Positions 1 through 13,087 of a stretch of DNA of 64,000 nt are shown here, one piece after another. The stretch lies in the NCBI RefSeq assembly GCF_964355755.1, contig NC_092679.1, positions 588,201 through 652,200 on the forward strand. Direction: 5' to 3'. The position numbers and the translations under genes were made by a program. The stretch's first letter is position 1, and each line of letters opens with the position of its first letter. Source of the DNA: Antedon mediterranea (taxonomy: Eukaryota > Animalia > Echinodermata). A model generated the notes under the pieces. The model was not told where the DNA came from, did no database searches, and saw nothing but the letters and a program-made list of their open reading frames with translations.

Positions 1-523
1 ATGATCACTGCGCGTCATGACGTCACATTCTAGATTTGTTCATTCCTGTCTTGACTGAAACGGAAGAAACTAGGATGTGTCGAACGATACAAGTTATCTA
101 ATTGAAATAGTTTTAATAGAGATTAGTTTCAAAGTCTTTATACTGTTTTGTGTATACCTGAAGTTCATTATAACACTATTATTTTTATATACTGAATTTT
201 GGTATTACAATTACGTTTTACGATGTTTTATATGTTTTAAATCTAGGTGTGAGATTTCCAATTCACAAGGAAGCTAGATTGATCAGCGTAACAATTTTAC
301 TTGGATACGTGTCTAACTTGATTGAAACTCTCTCAGAGCGTCAGTGACAAATTTGACATGGAAATGGCATGACTTTTACGCGTCCGTCTAACTTTATTGA
401 AATTTTAGCGACAGTGACAATTTGACATGAAAAATGACTTGACATATAAAAACTTGATTTTTACGCGCGTTTCTAACTTGTTTGAAACTCTCTCAGAGTG
501 TCACCGATTGTATGCATGTTTTA

Positions 524-1265
524 GTAAGTTTGATGCATGGATGCTTGGTATGGTGCGTGGCAGACGCTTGGTGCATGGCAGTCGCTTGGTGCGGTGTGGC
601 GGACGCTTTGAAGTATACGCTTAGCGTTTTATGCTGCATGGCAGTAAGCATGTTGCATGGTAGTACGATTGGTGCATCATGGCAGACGTTTGGTGCATGG
701 GTAGTACGCGTGGTGCATGGTAGTACGCGTGGTGCATGACAATATGCGTGGTGCATGGCAGTACGCGTGGTGCAAGGCAGTACGCTTGGTGCATGGCAGT
801 ACGCGTGGTGCATGGTAGTATGCTTGGTGCATGGCAGTACGCGTGGTGCATGGTAGTATGCTTGGTGCATGGCAGTACGCGTGGTGCATGGTAGTATGCT
901 TGGTGCATGGCAGTACGCGTGGTGCATGGTAGTATGCTTGGTGCATGGCAGTACGCGTGGTGCATGGTAGTATGCTTGGTGCATGGCAGTACGCGTGGTG
1001 CATGGTAGTATGCTTGGTGCATGGCAGTACGCGTGGTGCATGGTAGTATGCTTGGTGCATGGCAGTACGCGTGGTGCATGGTATTATACTTGGTGCATGA
1101 CAGTACGCTTGGCCCATGGCAGTACGCTTGGCGCATGACAGTACGACGCGTCATATGTCGTCACGCGCTGTTTATAGCCGATGCATGCTGCTACGCCTGT
1201 CGCGTGGTACGCATGTCGTGTTGTACGCCTGTCGCGTGGTACGCCTGTCGTGTGGTACGCCTGTA
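524..1265. repeat. GC-rich minisatellite, 19-bp unit with 38-bp dimeric higher order (GTGGTGCATGGTAGTATGCTTGGTGCATGGCAGTACGC)
   Basis: Direct tandem periodicity with a homogeneous core (~790-1080) and degenerate edges. Explains the overlapping repetitive ORFs 482..1299. Confidence 0.92.
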
Positions 1266-2697
1266 GCTGCTGTGTGACGTGAACATCAAATAAAGTCACT
1301 GGCCGGAAGTGCTACTCATTATCAATGGCTGACCGGCTTTACACGTCCACTTGATTCTAATCAAGTACAGCAATTAACAAACAAGTGTTTCCAAACATTT
1401 ACGGTATTTCAACATTTATACGAAAATTATCGATAAGGTTATTAAGTGTGATGATAAATATTGTAGATAAATGTAATAAGAACTGTCGCGTATAAGTAAT
1501 GTCCACTGCCATGGTGAATTACATTTTATATAAATTTAATATACTGTAGTAAATACAAGTGTCTCGATCGGCCAGATATTTTTCTCATATTTAAAACACA
1601 AAACTCTCCGAACGCTGGGTGGTGGAAAACAGTGTGGGTACCTTCTGAACTACTATATAACAAATATCTCTACAGCATATCGGTATCGGTACCGTACCCG
1701 ATAACGTATTATTAGAACGTTTATGTATACACTTGAGAGAAACTGGAAAAAATGGAATAGGATAAAATCAAATATGATTCATTGTGTTCATGTTATAATA
1801 ATATATACCGGTACATCTTTCCAAGATGGTTTTAACTTCTCCTATCCTACAGTTATGACGTCAGAATTTAGCCGAAACTATGTCGCATTAATAACTCGCC
1901 GTTGATCGATACTTGTACGGCAGAACATTCAATTAACACTTTGTCAGCAGTCACAAGAATACTGTTTGATGACGTAACAGCAATTGTATCTTCAACAAAT
2001 ATTATTTTTTAAACGTAAGACCTTTTAAAACTTGGTATTTAATATTAAATTAGACTTTTTGCATTGTTTTTTTATTACATACAGTTTACATTAGGCCTAT
2101 TTTCAATCAATCAATGTTCCAATTTTATAGCGCCATTCTAACGATCATTGCGCTATAACATATGTAAATGCAAATTAGGATAAACTAACGACCAATCACA
2201 AAGCTTAAGCACAAAACATTTAAGAATCGAATAGGATTACAAATGATAGGCTCAAACTATATTAGACACTTGAGAAATGTAATTTGAACTTAAATAGTTA
2301 AGTATGCCGTTTATGAAAACAACAATGAAGAAACAAAATCCACCCAATTAATATTTCGACACATTATTTGGTTATCGTGTAATTGTAGTATGAATTTCTG
2401 TATTGTACTATTGTTTAGTTTTACGATACGTCAGAGTGTAATTTCATAGACACGCGCTGTTCTATATTTAATATCCATCTTTATACAAGCATTGTTACAC
2501 TATTAATGTTTGGTTACCATGGTAAATCAATAAATTTATTATTACATGATCGCATTTATAAACAAGAGACTAAATCAAACACAATTAAAAGGGGGTCAAT
2601 TGTCTAACGTTCTGTTAAAGACAAGATTTGTTGAATCACAGATTATTGGAGCGCAGCTTTGAATTGGCACTAAAACTGTTTCTATATTAAAACAGTA

Positions 2698-2858
2698 AGC
2701 GTGGTTCCCATGCACTATAGATGCAACGCAAAGACGTACGCGCAACGCAAGCGAGTTGACCAATGACAAGCCGCTGTTCGAATAATCCATTGATTGCGAT
2801 TGGTTAAATCACTTACGTTGCATTGCATCGCTATAGTTTCAGGTGCATTAAGACGCTC
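2698..2858. mobile_element. Degenerate copy of MITE family B (AGCGTGGTTCCCA terminus)
   Basis: Shares its terminus and the internal GCAACGCAAG.GAGTTGACCAATGACAAGC with the copies at 5584-5937 and 19061-19414. Confidence 0.7.
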
Positions 2859-5583
2859 TAAAAATAAAAACATATTTTGCTCAAACGAAAACCAAACAAT
2901 AATTTAGTAACAAAACATTATTAGAAGCGGATTTATTTTTTATCAGTTTTACGATTAATGATATAATGCTGCAAAGATTAAAGTTATTTACATAAAACGG
3001 ATTGTAATGATCTGATTTTTCGTTAATTTATTTGCACACATCAGAAGATATAAGATGATGCGAGTAGGAATCGAGAATAATATCTTAAAATGACATAATA
3101 CTTAGCCATCATACAAAGCATATGAACGTTTGGTAACATTACAGTTGCCAACCTATTTAGTGGACACCCAATCACAAGAAAACAGTGTAGATAGTTCTTG
3201 TTTACGATTGGTCCATTGCCATGCCCTATGTTACGTGTACAGTATGCGTCCTAGTGGGAATCAAGCTTTAGGAGCAGGCTGCAAGTATACATACATACAT
3301 ACATACATACATACAAATATACAAATGTTTAATTGAACCAACATTGAGGTCGAATTGGCAGATAGGTCAGCATCTTTTATGTACATGAACCCGTTACAAA
3401 ACACATAACACACAATTTCATAACAATTTCAGTGTACAATATATAGGTTTGCCATTGACTAATAAATGTGAACACAAAATGAAATTATTGTTTATTGAAG
3501 TTATGCAAGAGAACTGAAAATACAGCAATTGTGATTGACAAATATTACTATAAAGCGGGGTAAAATATTCAATAATGTATTGAATATTATACACCATACT
3601 ACTGGATAAATTACAGAATACGAACATCGCATACAGTTTACGGCAAGGATATGCACGTATATTGTGTACTATCGATTTTTATTAATTAAATATTTTGTAG
3701 AATTGACTGAAAGATTTTGGTATCCATTTCTTTATTTCAAATTAGATTGGATTTAATGATGAGATCTTTCCGTTGTTAATGAAGAATATCGTATAATAAT
3801 TTCCGACATAAACCAATTCGGGGTAGCGTGTACTGAGCTAGCTGGTGTATTGTAGTGTAGTGACCAGCACCTAAAGTATGTCGTGTTTCTCATTACGCAT
3901 GTAATTACAATTATATATATTTAATAAGTAATCATTGCAGTAGTTCATCTGTTCAACTAGGCCGCAACATCAAAGAATAAATTAGTAGTGAGATATTTAA
4001 TGTTTCCCAAAACATGAACAAAAAAAGTTATTAATTTTCGGCGTTTCGATGATGTTTATCTGTTCCAAGCATTATACGTATGAAACGCTATGTGTGCCAA
4101 AAATATTTATCTTTTTAACAATATTAAGTGAATCGCCGTCTTATAGTCGGATAGATATCACCGTAGTACATTAGGATGTCCTTATACAGTGATTCCCAGT
4201 CACTGTAATCAATTACATCACTGGTAGTCATAATACAAACGGTCTATCAAACAGTTTTGTATGTATGCATACCGCACGTCACTGAAAATGCGTTTCATAG
4301 GATTATAATATTACGTTAATTTCTAGTTCATTATGCGTGTGTGCTATTTACATACATTGACTTGACAAACTCCGCTCGGCTTGCTTTTAACATCATTTTT
4401 ATGGCTTATTTTATACTCTGACTTATACGTTACAATCCATTGAATAAGAAGTTACTCCCGAATAATCAATTTTAGATGTTTTTAAATAAAACGCACGCGA
4501 TGTAAATATAAATTCAGATTGTTGTGATATGGAGAACAACGCCAACGGCATTATTATTTATTCTACTGCGTAGAACCAGACCACTAACTATCTTTTAATG
4601 TAAAAATTACAACTGTTAATATGTATTGCAAGCTGCTGTCACTTTATTTCTTCTCTTTTCTTTGCTACTTATTGTTAATTTTTTTATTACTAAATTTGGA
4701 CAGCAATGTCTGATAGGCTAGCAACATAACGAAGAAATGAAGCGCGTATATTAGTGATCCATAAAATGATACATGGACGCGCTAGCGCTACCGTTGACAA
4801 GGCGATAGTTGATCACGTGTTATTAAATTATTAAATGTCAATTGTATCATTTATAACTAATTATCTAGCATTTATATTTAAAACAACATTACAATACATT
4901 TAAAAGTCATTCATTCTGAAACATGTTCAAACATTCGACTGAATGCAAGTTTAATTGATTATGTGTTACTCATTTGTTCACAACAGCATCATAAAATAAA
5001 TCAATCCTACACAACTTAAAAAAATGTTTTTAAAACATTAAATTCTATTCTATTTCATAACTCAATTATTCTGTTTAATCTACTAAAAAATCTTAAACCG
5101 CGCCAGCATACTCTACGTGCCTATCGAATAAAGTTATTCTGCGCATGTCATGCTGAGTATGCGCGCACAATTGCCTATGTTACTCGATACGCGCGACGCG
5201 GTGATGTTTCGTGAAAACGAAAATTTGAAATTGGGAGAATGAGATGGATATTAAAATTGGCTAATCATACCATCCACCGTATAATTATTTAAATCACATA
5301 AAACATTGTATGACCTATATGACCGTTAGTTCACACTACTCGAATAATAACGGCATAGATGATGTTATGTTTTTGCTTACGATACATATATAATGCCACA
5401 TCACAATCATATGACAAGTTGACATTGATGTGATGTAGGATGTAATCCCATAATGCATTGCTGCAAATCTCTCGCAAATCTCGATAATGCTAACTGTAAC
5501 ACTTTCAAAGATAACGCATAACAAACAGAAAATGGCAACTGAAATATGAAAGTGGGCCTATTATACGGATAGGAATGACCGTA

Positions 5584-5937
5584 AGTTTGGTTCCAATTAT
5601 GATTGGTTCCCACTAGCGACGCAACACAAGAACGTAACGCAACGTAAAGCGTGGTTCCCACTAGCGACGCAACGCAAGGACGTAACGCAACGCAAGTGAA
5701 TTGACCAATCACAAGCAATGGCTTATTCGCTTGTGATTGCTAACTGTCTATAACTTCGCTTGTCATTGGTTAAAACGCTTGCGTTGCGTTTACGTCCTTG
5801 CGTTACGTTCAAGTGGGAACCAAGCTTTAGTGAGTTGACCAACCACAAGCGATTAGATGGATTATTCGAACAGTGGCTTGTCATTGGTTAACTCGCTTGC
5901 GTTGCCCGTACGTACTTGCGTTGGTGGGAACCACGCT
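5584..5937. mobile_element. MITE family B: a full copy (5648-5826) nested inside a related copy
   Basis: TIRs AGC[G/T]TGGTTCCCACT...AGTGGGAACCA[A/C]GCT. The inner copy is flanked by TAA (5645-47) and TTA (5827-29). The outer halves rejoin into a family-like sequence. Confidence 0.85.
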
Positions 5938-6472
5938 TTAGGCCTAGGACGTACCACCCAATTTACTGTATCGAGAATCACAATTAGAGACAGTTGTCCT
6001 TGGTTAAAACTTACGTTTCGCGTACACACGCACGTCCTGCACTGGTTCCAGCTCCGGCCCGGTTCCGGAAAATAAAATCGCGTCTCAATGTTGTTTTCGC
6101 GACGTGACCCACGGCTCGCGTGGCCCGTATCGTGAAATTGAAAAATATGAACATTCATTAATTATATCTTGCTATGACCTCGTACACAAACTATGAAATT
6201 AAATAAGAGATTGTGATGACGCGGTTAGGTTTCATTATTGAGGTTTCATTTCTATCGAATTCGTTACATATTGCGTTATAGTGTTACATATTGCGTTACA
6301 TATTTCGTTACAAAGCAACATCTTTATCTATATATTACATTACGTGGTAACGAATATCGTATCACATGATTTATATAATAGTACTTATTATTGATAACCG
6401 AGTAACCCTAGAAATGATTGCATAGGCCTCCATTTTATCGAGATAAACGTAATAATGTATTACTATGAGTGT

Positions 6473-6780
6473 TAAGATCGAAACAGTACTGTCTGCAGAT
6501 TGGATATTATGCTCCTCTACTTTCTGCTATATACTATAGTATGTTGTTTTGTAGAGCACTCTTCAGTTCGAAACGGTTCATTTTGTTGTGAATACTATTA
6601 GCATTTTGCAAAGCACGCTCGTTGAGCTTGTGCACTCTTTGTGTTCATAATCAGTGTACCATGTCCCGCAGACCTGGCTCAGCCTATATATTGTGCTAGT
6701 TCTGCGGTACATTTCATTTCGAAACCTGAGTTGCACTGACGAGATCTAATAAGATCGAAACAGTACTGTCTGCAGATTGG
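6473..6780 (+). mobile_element. Penelope pLTR- or retrozyme-like monomer bounded by hammerhead repeats
   Basis: The 3' half of the hammerhead (TAAGATCGAAACAGTACTGTCTGCAGATTGG) is repeated at 6473-6503 and 6750-6780. The cleavage triplets are 277 nt apart. Confidence 0.65.
6732..6774 (+). ncRNA. Minimal type I hammerhead ribozyme motif
   Basis: TGCA-CTGACGA-GATCT(AATA)AGATC-GAAA-CAGTACTG-TC^-TGCA: stem I, conserved core, stem II, GAAA, palindromic stem III and a GUC cleavage triplet. Confidence 0.85.
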
Positions 6781-6817
6781 AGATATATATATATATATAT
6801 ATAATTATATATATATA

Positions 6818-7206
6818 AATCCAAAGGCAAATTACTGAAAAAAATGACAATGCTGTGGGTATCATCAGTGGCTGGATCTCAATGGAGATATGATACCAAA
6901 AAAAAGCGAAAAAGCTAAATCAAAACGATAAGTAAAACAGCCAGAAAAGTTAGCAGAGCTTTCGGGCAACACTAGCCCTTCATCAGTGCAAGTGAAGGAA
7001 TTTGAATAACGTCATAGTATAAGAATTGGCAAGTGCTGCCTGGGTGGACAGGAATAAAAGAAATACAACAAAAGGAGACAGGGTGGAGTCTGAATAAGAG
7101 TAGAAAACAACAAAAGGAGACAGGGTGGAGTCTGAATAAGAGTAGAAAACAAAGAAGGTAGCTTGGTAAAGATATAAACAATTTAGAATGAAACTAAAAA
7201 ACAGCT
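6818..7206 (-). mobile_element. Truncated Penelope-like element 3' fragment inserted in a (TA)n microsatellite
   Basis: Carries a minimal hammerhead. Bounded on both sides by (TA)n tracts (6783-6817, 7207-7230). Internal ~42-bp duplication at 7065-7150. Confidence 0.6.
6953..6989 (-). ncRNA. Minimal hammerhead ribozyme motif (Penelope-like)
   Basis: The minus strand reads GCA-CTGATGA-A-GGGC(TAGTGTT)GCCC-GAAA-GC-TC^-TGC. Confidence 0.8.
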
Positions 7207-7524
7207 TATATATATATATATATATATATACAATAAATAAAATTATCCAATCTATAAAATTACGTGTTCATTATAAAATCTTTCTCTAAGTGTTCCGATG
7301 CGTGGAAATGATCTTACACATTCCAAGGAGAAACATAGCTGTGGACATTGGACTTTCCCATGTGTTGGACCTAGAATCTGACTTTATACATTAGAAATAC
7401 GTCATCTTTGGACAGTTTTAAGCCACTTCTAACAAGTGTTTTTTTTTTCCTTTTTTGAAACAAAAGACATATCATATAAACATGAGAGAAGTCATTTTTA
7501 ACATACTATGTATGCATGGTATAA

Positions 7525-7686
7525 GGCTCTGTCTACAATATCAACCTAGTTTGACAAAAAAAAATGTGATGTGTCCAAATATGGTAGTGATATGCCCCAA
7601 TATGGTAGTGATATGAGATCCTCATGTCCATATATGGGCACATTACATTTTGTTTTCACATAAAGTTTGATAGTGTATATAGAGCT
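7525..7686. mobile_element. MITE family A (~165 bp; TIR AGCTCTGTCTACACTATCAAACT)
   Basis: Inverted termini, internal CCCAAATATGGTAGTGATATG repeats and TAA/TTA flanks. About 10 copies in the window. Confidence 0.88.
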
Positions 7687-8130
7687 TTACGCGTTGTATT
7701 CAGCAAGAAAGGAAGGCCAAATGCCTAAAATGGCCAAAATACATACACATGAATCTTATATACATTTATTGGGAAATGTAGTATTTTAATTACAAAGTAT
7801 TATTCTGGTGATTTTACTGATGAATATCGTAATCTTTGCAATCATGCACATCATTTCAGTTACCGTTAGCTTTTAAACACATTCTATTTCGAATTCTACC
7901 CGACCTATATATTCGCCATCCTCATATTTTGTTACTACAGGAAAAACAAAATGAAACAATGCTTAATTTGTTACGCAGAAAAGTTAGAAAATTCTTCAAA
8001 GTCAATTGCAAAACAACTTACTTAACTTGAATGACATAATGTAAGTGAATACTTACGAGTAAGCTTACATTTAAAATGTCCTATGGAAAGGCATCGATGG
8101 CAAAATATATTCTTATAGACCACATAAATT

Positions 8131-8543
8131 GAGTTGAAAGTGACAACGCCCAGAGTGTGCTAGTTGAAAGTGACAACGCCCGGAGTGCGCGAGTTGAAAA
8201 TGAAAACACCCGGGAGTGCGTGCGTGGAATATGACACCGCCCGGAGTGCGCGAATTGAAAGTGACAACGCCCAGAGTGTGCGAGTTAAAAGTGACAACGC
8301 CCTGAATCACGAGTGTGCGAGTGGAATGTGACAACGCCTGGAGTGCGCGAGTTGAATGTGACAACGCCCGGAGTGCGCGAGTGGAATGTGACAACGCCCG
8401 GAGTGCGCGAGGTGAAAGGTAACAATACCCGGAAGTGCGCGAGTGAAAGGTAACAACACCCGGGAGTGCGCGAGTAAAACGTGATAACGCCCGGAGTGCG
8501 CGAGTTGAACCTCATAACATCCGGAATCACGAGTGTGCGAGTC
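8131..8543. repeat. ~29-bp degenerate tandem repeat (GAGTTGAAAGTGACAACGCCCGGAGTGCGC-like)
   Basis: About 14 diverged tandem units. Confidence 0.88.
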
Positions 8544-8871
8544 GCAAACGATGAAAAAAAGACATGTATCTCAGGAACGGTTACACAAACCATCGAGCAA
8601 CATGCATTCTTTTTAATTACGAACAAATTGCCATGACTCTGCCTCCCTATTACAAATAACAAACTCTGAAATCTTGTAAGTAGACTAAACTATTAGTATT
8701 CGTAAATTAGAATAGCGTTTATGATTTGTTCGGGTACAATTTCAGCAATATCTTGCTATTCAACCTCATGCCACTTGCAATTACACATTTCTCTGACAAT
8801 AGTAAATTAAAAACGCTGGAAGCAAAATTGGAGTAGGCGAAGGTTTGGTTAGAATTTGACATTGATTCCTG

Positions 8872-9008
8872 CTAATGGTTCGTGTTCAGACGATGGCCTA
8901 TAATCAGACGACATTTCTAATGGTTCGTGTTCAGACGATGGCCTATAATCAGACGACATTTCTAATCGTTCGTGTTCAGACGATGGCCTATAATCAGACG
9001 ACATTTCT
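8872..9008. repeat. 45-bp tandem triplication
   Basis: CTAATGGTTCGTGTTCAGACGATGGCCTATAATCAGACGACATTT x3. Confidence 0.92.
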
Positions 9009-10799
9009 GTACATACAGGCGTGAATATTCAATTAATATTATTTCATCTACATAGCAATTAACAGAATAATTTAATGATGCTAATTATCCACTTGGTTAA
9101 TAATAGAATTGGTTATTTAACCCATAACAAAGTTCAAATGACTTTACAGTATCATACATCTCGTATTATCGTGTGTGCTGACGTGCGACGGCAAGAGGCC
9201 AAGTACCATAGCACCAAACTTAACCTGAATAATCTGTCGATCTATATGAAAAAAACCAAACGATCAGATTAGGATTCGAACCAAGCTGAAGTAAGCAATC
9301 AACCGAACAGCTGGCAGAAAAGCGACATAACGCTTTTGAAGAAGAGTCTTCCGAGTGTCAGGATAGACTATATAGTATCCCACATGGGACGACGATTGCT
9401 GCCAGCAGACACGATACCGCACTGTGTCTATTGTCGCTATACTTGATACCACTCGTGTATCGGGTGAAACTCTACGAACTTACGGCATAATTGTGAATAA
9501 CACAATTACTATACATTGGATGTTTATGAAAGATTATTTTTTATGCGCATAATTTGCGCATAACGGAATGACTATATCCAATGTTATAAATTGCAGCTCT
9601 ATATAATGTAAAACAGCAATTACCATCAACATTCGAATGAATTAGATTTATTTTGCATATAGACTGAGATTCGTTAATTTAATCGTGCGAATTGACAGCG
9701 TATAACGCTTCTGATGACGGATGCATATGTGCTTTGAATACGATTCACAACAATTTATTATTTAAACAAAGCTTATTCCATCAATACACAGGTTAGGCGA
9801 TACGTTAATTGAAAAGTAAGGTAATTTTGTTAAGCACCCAATTGTAGTGCTGTATCTCCACATATGGCAATATTTCGCCAGTATCATAGACACATTCCGT
9901 AATACAGTCTCCCACGTGTTTCATATGTGACGTCTGTAACCTGTGAGGTTATTAGGTTAAGGGGTCTGGAACTAACCACATGAAAATATATAACATAAAA
10001 ACTTTGTCTTTCTTAATCATACGACAATGATCTAGAACTAACAAATGTACACAAGATAGACACGTAATACGTATCGCGCAGTGAACAACCGTGCGTTCAC
10101 AAACTGTTATACATTCGGAATGATTGCTTGTCATGTTGTTATATATGGTCTTGTACAAATGTAATGTACTTTAATGTATAAAGTGGCCTGTGGTAAAATA
10201 AACTTCGTTTTCTGTCTTCAGCTAATGTGTTTTCATACGTGTTATGTTTATCTTATTTTGTCTATTGATATTTCGATTTATTTGAATTATTTTTCAAATG
10301 AAAAACGATGATAAATTGGTTGATTATTCATAGTGATGGTATGGCGACAAGATGTCGGTTTAGCAAGTACTTTGTAAGCCTACCACTACCGAACGAGTTG
10401 CACTGCAATTATGAAAAAACATTTGAATATTGATGCGTGGTATAACTAACTTCTGCAAAAAGATGGTTGGACGAACTACTCTTAGTACAAGTACTCAAGT
10501 ACGATATCAAACGAATATAAATGTATAAGCTTGGAAAAAATTTGCAAGGCCAATATAGATTATATTAAAGACATGACCAACATGCACATGCTAGTGAATA
10601 ATGGAACTCTTCCATAATAATCTTTAAACACAAGACTGACAGAATTAAGTCCATTTGTTAGATGAAAATGCCAACTAAGTGGAGCGAAAAACATTCCAAA
10701 TGTCGTCAACACATCCAAGTGAAACGCATTCTTAAAACATTTTTCACAGTCACTTCTTTGCTGTCACAGAACTTAACAACAAACTATTGCAAAGTCGTT

Positions 10800-11947
10800 A
10801 TAAATAGAAGTTGGAATTGTAAGTGTTTAAATGTATTCATTGAACCGTATAAACATACTTGGAATGTTTCTTTCAAACAGAAGTTTGGAATTGGAACTGT
10901 TTAAATGTATTCATTGAACTGCAGCAACTACTTGCAGAGTTTAAATTGGAACTGTTTTTCTTGAACTGTAACTTGGAAAGTTTCTTTTAAACAGAAGTTA
11001 GGAATTGAAACTTCTTTTTGTTTTAAAGTGTAACAACTTGGTAAGTTTCTTTTAAAACAGAAGTTTGCAATTGGAACTGGTTTTTGTTTTAAAGTGTAAC
11101 AACTTGGTAAGTTTCTTTTAAAACAGAAGTTTGCAATTGGAACTGGTTTTTGTTTTAAACTGTAACAACTTGGTAAGTTTCTTTTAAATAGAAGTTTGGA
11201 ATTGAAACTGCTTTTCCCTAAACTGTAACAACTTGGAAAGTTTCTTTTAAACAGAAGTTTGGAATTGAAACTGCTTTTCCCTAAACTGTAACAACTTGGT
11301 AAGTTTCTTTTGAATAGAAGTTTGGAATTGAAACTGCTTTTCCCTAAACTGTAACAACTTGGAAAGTTTCTTTTAAACAGAAGTTTGGAATTGAAACTGC
11401 TTTTCCCTAAACTGTATCAACTTGGTAAGTTTATTTTGAATATAAGTTTGGAATTGAAACTGCCTTTCCCTAAACTGTAACAACTTGGTAAGTTTATTTT
11501 AAACAGAAGTTTGGAATTGAAACTGCTTTTCCCTAAACTGTAACAACTTGGTAAGTTTATTTTAAACAGAAGTTTGGAATTGAAACTGCTTTTTCCTAAA
11601 CTGTAACAACTTTGAAAGTTTCTTTTAAAACCGAAGTTTGGAATTGGAACTGCTTTTTGTTTTAAACTGTAACAACTTGGTAAGTTTCTTTTGAATAAGT
11701 TGGAATTGTAACTGTTTTTCCTGAACTGTAGACACTTTCTGGAATTTCTTTGAAATAGAAGTTAAAATTGTAAATGTTATTCTTGAGAAACTATTTGGAA
11801 AATTTGTTTTTAAATAGAAGTTGGAATTGGATTTACTGAACTATAGACACTTTTTTTTCGGAATTTCTTTTAATTAGAACTTAAAATTGGAACTGTGAAA
11901 TGTAGAAACTATTTTGAAATTTTTTAAATAGAAGTTGGAATTGGAAC
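10800..11947. repeat. ~63-bp tandem repeat (AAACTGTAACAACTTGGTAAGTTTCTTTTAAACAGAAGTTTGGAATTGAAACTGCTTTTCCCT)
   Basis: Homogeneous core at ~11020-11700 with degenerate flanks. Confidence 0.9.
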
Positions 11948-13087
11948 GTCGCGTTAGTAGGCCTATCACATGTTTGTTCGCGTCAACCCATATAGATCAT
12001 TCACAATTGATACACTCATTTCATGTTGTATGATTGATGTATATCTGACAATCCTCTTTGTCAATAAAATATTCACAACTTATTTGTTATAATCTCGTGA
12101 GATGAGTAATTACGTGTTAAAGTTCAATGAAATTAAGATTTTAAAGCGTCATTGGTTTGTGTTTGAAACGCGTTTCCTTGATTCACAATCTTTGTTATAA
12201 ATAGGATAAACGAAAACAATTGCAATAGTTTATGACCATTGCTATTAGCAAGATGAGTCTAAATATGTATTCTTTTAAGTATATTTTGAATTAAAAGGTG
12301 AATGCATTTGTTTGATTTGCTTAGTAACATAAAACGCGTCGGTTACTACTTCCCTCTCTACTTAATGTTGATTAAATCGTGTCTAATGGTTGCTATGGGC
12401 TTCTCAAATATCAATTACACTACAACATTACTTAAACAGACGTGTCATACATCTTAATTTTAAAAGGCAAAAACAAACTATATCTACTCAAGGTTAAGGA
12501 TGTCTGATTTGACTACAAATCAGTTTATTATACTAAAGTAAGGTATGAAACGCCAAATTGGTCAAATTACTAGTAATCGAATTGTCTTATACAGATTTGG
12601 CACTTCATTAACAAGTAACACTCACGGCAGCAGCCTATATTAGTATGTATGTTCATTGTAGACCGACCAGCTTAAGCCTACATCAAAATGATAAATGTCT
12701 CGAATTATAAGCGACTAGATTAATTGTACACATGGGAATGTATATTTCATTACATAGATACTTTACTGATATGTCATTAATTCAATACCCTGGGAATATG
12801 AACGTCTCAAAAGGGCATCATGGGAATTTACAATTTCAACCAAAGAAAGAATATTCGTCTTTACATCGATACCCTGGGAATAATAGTCTTTACATCATGA
12901 TAGGTATATTTACACGTCATAGGTGCAATGGTCGTTTTATGGCTATCCCTGGGAATTTATGTAACTAAAAGATGACCTGAGAATGTATACGTCATTAAAT
13001 AAAATTAACATGGAAAATACATATTATACCTCTCTATATATACGCCAAAGTATACTGGTGATGTAACAAAATCAAAGTACACAGGAA

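Noticed and set aside
1-80. Promoter-like motifs (TGACGTCA, CGGAAG) at the window start
   Set aside because: Short motifs with no associated gene or TSS evidence; they also occur inside repeats.
482-1299. Long Cys/His-rich ORFs on both strands
   Set aside because: They are translations of the 19/38-bp minisatellite, open in several frames with no domain signature.
5645-5829. Spy-type (AAA|TTT, no TSD) interpretation of the TAAAGC...GCTTTA MITEs
   Set aside because: Reconstructed empty sites in the nested copies do not contain AAATTT, and several copies show true TTA or TAA duplications.
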